Source: an uncultured Planctomycetota bacterium
GTDB lineage: Bacteria > Planctomycetota > Planctomycetia > Isosphaerales > Isosphaeraceae
Assembly: GCA_963823665.1 (NCBI GenBank)
Contig: CAWGMQ010000010.1
Span: 1,856,001 to 1,920,000, forward strand
Direction: 5' to 3'
DNA: 64,000 bases
Each line of letters starts with the position of its first letter. Within the stretch, counting starts at the first letter, position 1. Shown piece after piece: positions 60,559-64,000 of this stretch. The notes beneath the pieces were generated by a model that was not told where the DNA came from, did not search any database, and worked only from the letters and a program-made list of their open reading frames with translations. A program made the translations under genes and the position numbers.

Positions 60559-62056
60559 ATGCGAATTCTCACGGCCGGCTGCATCGTATTCATCTCTTCG
60601 CTCTGCCTTGCGTCCGGCGCTGGGCTTGCCGATGACGTCCCGGCGGCAGATGGTCCCAAGCTCCTCGAGCAAGGAGACAAGCTCGCCGACGCCGGCCAGT
60701 TCACGGAGGCAGTTATCCGGTACAAGAGCGCGATGGAGAAGCTGCTGCCGACGCTCAGGAAAACTCCCGTTCAAGCATGAAGTGAAGCGTGACGTCACCA
60801 AGCGCGAAAACATGAAGGAGTTGATTCTCAAGGAAATCGATGAGGACATGACGCCGCAGGAGTTCCGTGCCAATGAGCTGGCTCTCAAGGCTTTCGGCTT
60901 GCTGCCGGCAGAGTACAACCTGCGTGAGGCGCTGGCCCAGGTTTACGCGGAGGAGGTCGCCGCGTTCTACGATCCCAAGACCAAGACAATGCACTTGATC
61001 GAAGAACCGAAGAAGCCGGCCAAGGACAAGCCCGGCTTCCTCGAGCGGCTCTTCGGCAAGAAGAGCGGGTTCGACAAGGACGAGAACAAGACGGTGATTG
61101 CTCACGAGTTGACACATGCCCTGGCCGACCAGCACTACGATCTCGACGCCCTGCAGAAGAGTGTGAAGAAGGACGACGACCGATCGCTGGCGCTCTCCGC
61201 CTTGATCGAGGGCGAAGCCACTCTGGCGATGTTCGGCGCCGGCATGTCCGACTGGAACGGGGAGCAGATCGTTGCCTTGCCGGCCGAAAACCTCGAGTGG
61301 ACTTTCAACCTGATGGCGCCGTTCATGACTTTCATGGGCGGTGGCCAATCGATCCGCAACGCGCCGCCCATCATCAGCGAATCCATGACCTTTCCCTACC
61401 TCCGTGGGATGGTCTTTTGTGCGAAGCTGGCCAACACAGGAGGATGGGCGGCGATCGACCAGGTTTACCGCGATCCGCCGCTTTCGACGGAGCAGATCCT
61501 CCATCCCGAGAAGTATCGTGTGAAGCCCGATTACCCCATGTCGATCGAGCTCGGCACGCTGGCTCCGGGCGAAGGCTGGAAAGAAGCTGGGCGAAATGTG
61601 CTCGGCGAGATGCAGCTCGCCATCCTGCTCAAGAAGCACGGCGGAAAGGATGCGGCGGCCGGCTGGGACGGCGACCGATACGCCGTATTCGAGGGCCCGA
61701 CCGCAAAGCTCGGGCTGGTTTGGGTCTCCACCTGGGACAGCACGGATGACGCCCGTGAATTCCTGCGCGGTTATGCCGCTTGTCAAAACGATAAGGTCGA
61801 AAATCTGGGCGGGCTTCCCCGTCGCCTGCCCGATTCGATCTGGCGAAACGACGGCGAAGCGCTCTACGTCATCGAGCGGCACGGCTGCGACGTGATCGTC
61901 GTCGAAGGCTTTGCTCCAGAAGCGACCCTCGCGCTCCTCTGCTCTGCGCGAGCGGCGAAGAAGACCGAACTGAAGCCTTCGCCTCGCAAGGAAGAAAAAG
62001 CCGGCGCTAAGCCGGAAAGGGCTTCGGCCGCCGTTCGCTCTAGGATATCTCACTGA
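60559..62056 (+). CDS. Secreted zinc-dependent metallopeptidase-like protein (HExxH); frameshift in an A run near 60762
   Basis: Signal peptide; AFYDP, AHELTHALADQ, ALIEGEA, PPLSTEQILHPEKY, AAGWDGDRY. Confidence 0.8.
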
Positions 62057-62135
62057 AATGTTCCCCATGACCTGTTGAAATGTCGATGGTCCCTCGTGTT
62101 GAGTTACTTTCGCAGCCACCCAAAGGAGGCAACCG

Positions 62136-63005
62136 GTGAAGCCGATCCTCACGCGATTCTGGGTGTTCCTGGCCACGTCTGCACTTGTGGTGGGCTCTTT
62201 CACGCTTCACGCCGCAGGGCAGGACTTTTCTGAAAGCTCCAAACAGCAGGGCCGAGACTCTTCGGCCGCTTCCGACGGAAAGACCGGAAGCGCGAATGAC
62301 GCTGCCGGCAGTGATCAAACCGCAAAGGACGCCGCCGGCAAGGACCCTGACGGAAAGCCCGATCCCAAGGCGAAAGCCGGGTCCAAGGCCAAGGCCAAGC
62401 CAGAACCGGAGTTCGTTCGCAAGACCGACGCCGAGTGGCGAAAAATCCTGACGCAAACGCAATACATGGTGACTCGTCTGAAAGCAACCGAGCCCGCATT
62501 CTCCGGCGACTACGCGACTGGCCACTTCCGCGGGATGTTTCACTGCGTTTGCTGCGATGCCGAGCTGTTCAGCGCGGAGACCAAGTTCGATTCGGGCACC
62601 GGCTGGCCCAGCTTCGATCGCCCATCGAGCGCGAGGGCCGTCGCGCGGGCGATGGACTACGATGCATTCGAGCCGCGGATCGAGGTGATGTGCCGTCGTT
62701 GCGGCGCCCATCTGGGGCATGTCTTCGACGATGGCCCGACGATCACGGGCCAGCGATTCTGCATCAACTCCGCAGCGATCAAGCTCAGGCCCCCTGAAGG
62801 CGAATCGGTCCCGACCAAGGCCGCGAGTCGAACGTCCTCGCGAGCCCGCGCCAAGGCACGCGCGAAAACGATGACGAAAGCCAAGGTCAACCCCAAGGCG
62901 AAGTCCAAGCAGTCGCCGGCTGATTCTCACGACTCGCCCGGCTCGGCCCAGGACGATAAGCCCGCCGAAACCGACGCGGCCCGCGCCGCCAAACCGTCGG
63001 AATAG
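62136..63005 (+). CDS. msrB: Peptide-methionine (R)-S-oxide reductase with signal peptide
   Basis: TEPAFSG, CVCC, KFDSGTGWPSF, CRRCGAHLGHVF.DGP, RFCINS. Confidence 0.95.
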   Translation: MKPILTRFWVFLATSALVVGSFTLHAAGQDFSESSKQQGRDSSAASDGKTGSANDAAGSDQTAKDAAGKDPDGKPDPKAKAGSKAKAKPEPEFVRKTDAEWRKILTQTQYMVTRLKATEPAFSGDYATGHFRGMFHCVCCDAELFSAETKFDSGTGWPSFDRPSSARAVARAMDYDAFEPRIEVMCRRCGAHLGHVFDDGPTITGQRFCINSAAIKLRPPEGESVPTKAASRTSSRARAKARAKTMTKAKVNPKAKSKQSPADSHDSPGSAQDDKPAETDAARAAKPSE

Positions 63006-63279
63006 CCGGCGGTCGACCGCCTGGTCAACCGCGATTGATCGCGCGATCCGCCGCTTGCTGGCGAGATTGCACCTCCGGCCGCTCCAGCCGCGGCTCGGGT
63101 GTTGCCGCCGGGCGCTGGCACCGGGGATCGACAACTCGCTGCGCTCTGTGTTAGATTCGTTCGGTTTCTCGAAGCTCGACATGCCAGGGTGTCTGCTTCG
63201 AACCGGAGAAAACTCATCTCGACTGGTACGTGGCCAGTTCTCGGATTCACCACCTGCCTGGAAGGAGCCATTAGAAGTC

Positions 63280-63905
63280 ATGGCGACGGGACGAAACATG
63301 AGCAGAATCTTGCGGTTGGGCCGTCTTGGGCATGGGATTGAGTGCGCTCTTGCTGCCAACCGCGTCAAGTGCCCAGGACGACGAGAAGAAACCGGTTGTC
63401 GTTCTGGACACGTCGATGGGAAAGATCACCATCGAGCTCGACAAGGAGAAAGCCCCGATCACGGTTGAGAACTTCCTCAAATACGTCGATTCCGGCTTCT
63501 ACGACAATTTGATTTTCCATCGCGTGATTGAGAAGTTCATGATCCAGGGAGGCGGGTTCAGCACAAAGATGGAAGAAAAGAAGGAGGGCCAGCGCGGTGG
63601 GATCAAGAACGAGTCCGGGAATGGTTTGAGCAATGTGAAGGGGACGATTGCCATGGCCCGGACGTCTGACCCCAATTCGGCCCAGAACCAGTTCTATATC
63701 AACGTCGAGGACAACAACGCGAGCCCGAACCTCGACAGAGGGCGGCTACGCCGTCTTCGGCAAGGTCATCGACGGCATGGACGTGGTCGAAAAGATCAAG
63801 AAGGTGCGCACCACGACCCGAACGGGTGCGGACGGCCATGATTACGAGGATGTTCCCGTCGAGCCGGTGATCATCAAGTCCGCCAAGCGGAAGGCCAAGG
63901 AATGA
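63280..63905 (+). CDS. Cyclophilin-type peptidyl-prolyl cis-trans isomerase; frameshifts near 63320 and 63740
   Basis: [46 protein letters not shown]. Confidence 0.92.
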
Positions 63906-64000
63906 CCTGCCGATCGCTTCGAGTGTTTGATTCGGTTGGAAGTCTTGACCCAAAAGTTTGCGACTTCTAAGATGGCTGACATCCGGCCGTGCTCGCCGTT

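Overview
High-GC bacterial DNA, very likely Planctomycetota (Isosphaeraceae-like). The basis is the ECF sigma factors with TM and periplasmic extensions, DUF4058 genes, LE(S/G)RxxL secretion motifs and RF(R/K)LRT-type N-termini. The left part (1 to about 38.7 kb) is an accessory mosaic, with purU the only clear housekeeping gene. It holds tandem and dispersed paralogues, ECF sigma genes and remnants, ankyrin proteins, TA/nuclease debris, two tyrosine-recombinase remnants, a umuC scrap, many truncated genes and a 1.3 kb non-coding tract of palindromic sites. The right part (38.8-64 kb) is mostly conventional: cbiET/cobL, a PIG-L deacetylase, PP2C, a Ser/Thr kinase, lhr, a metallophosphoesterase, an HExxH peptidase, msrB and a cyclophilin. 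It also contains a KS-less PKS-like cassette: carrier-thioesterase(Cys)-acyltransferase fusion, ACP, acyl-CoA dehydrogenase, FkbH, GT2 and an MBL-fold hydrolase. The best novelty candidates are (1) a promoter-driven structured 5' leader with an SD-sequestering stem and pseudoknot upstream of an ankyrin gene (22036-22195), (2) the FkbH cassette (44.4-51.7 kb) and (3) a DUF4145/HEPN-GspE/PilB ATPase fusion (26874-28706). Caveat: many 1-2 nt frameshifts lie in homopolymers or GC-dinucleotide runs, including in core genes, so most are probably long-read assembly errors. All family assignments come from recognising motifs by eye; no searches were run. No rRNA, tRNA, CRISPR array or intact transposase/integrase was seen.
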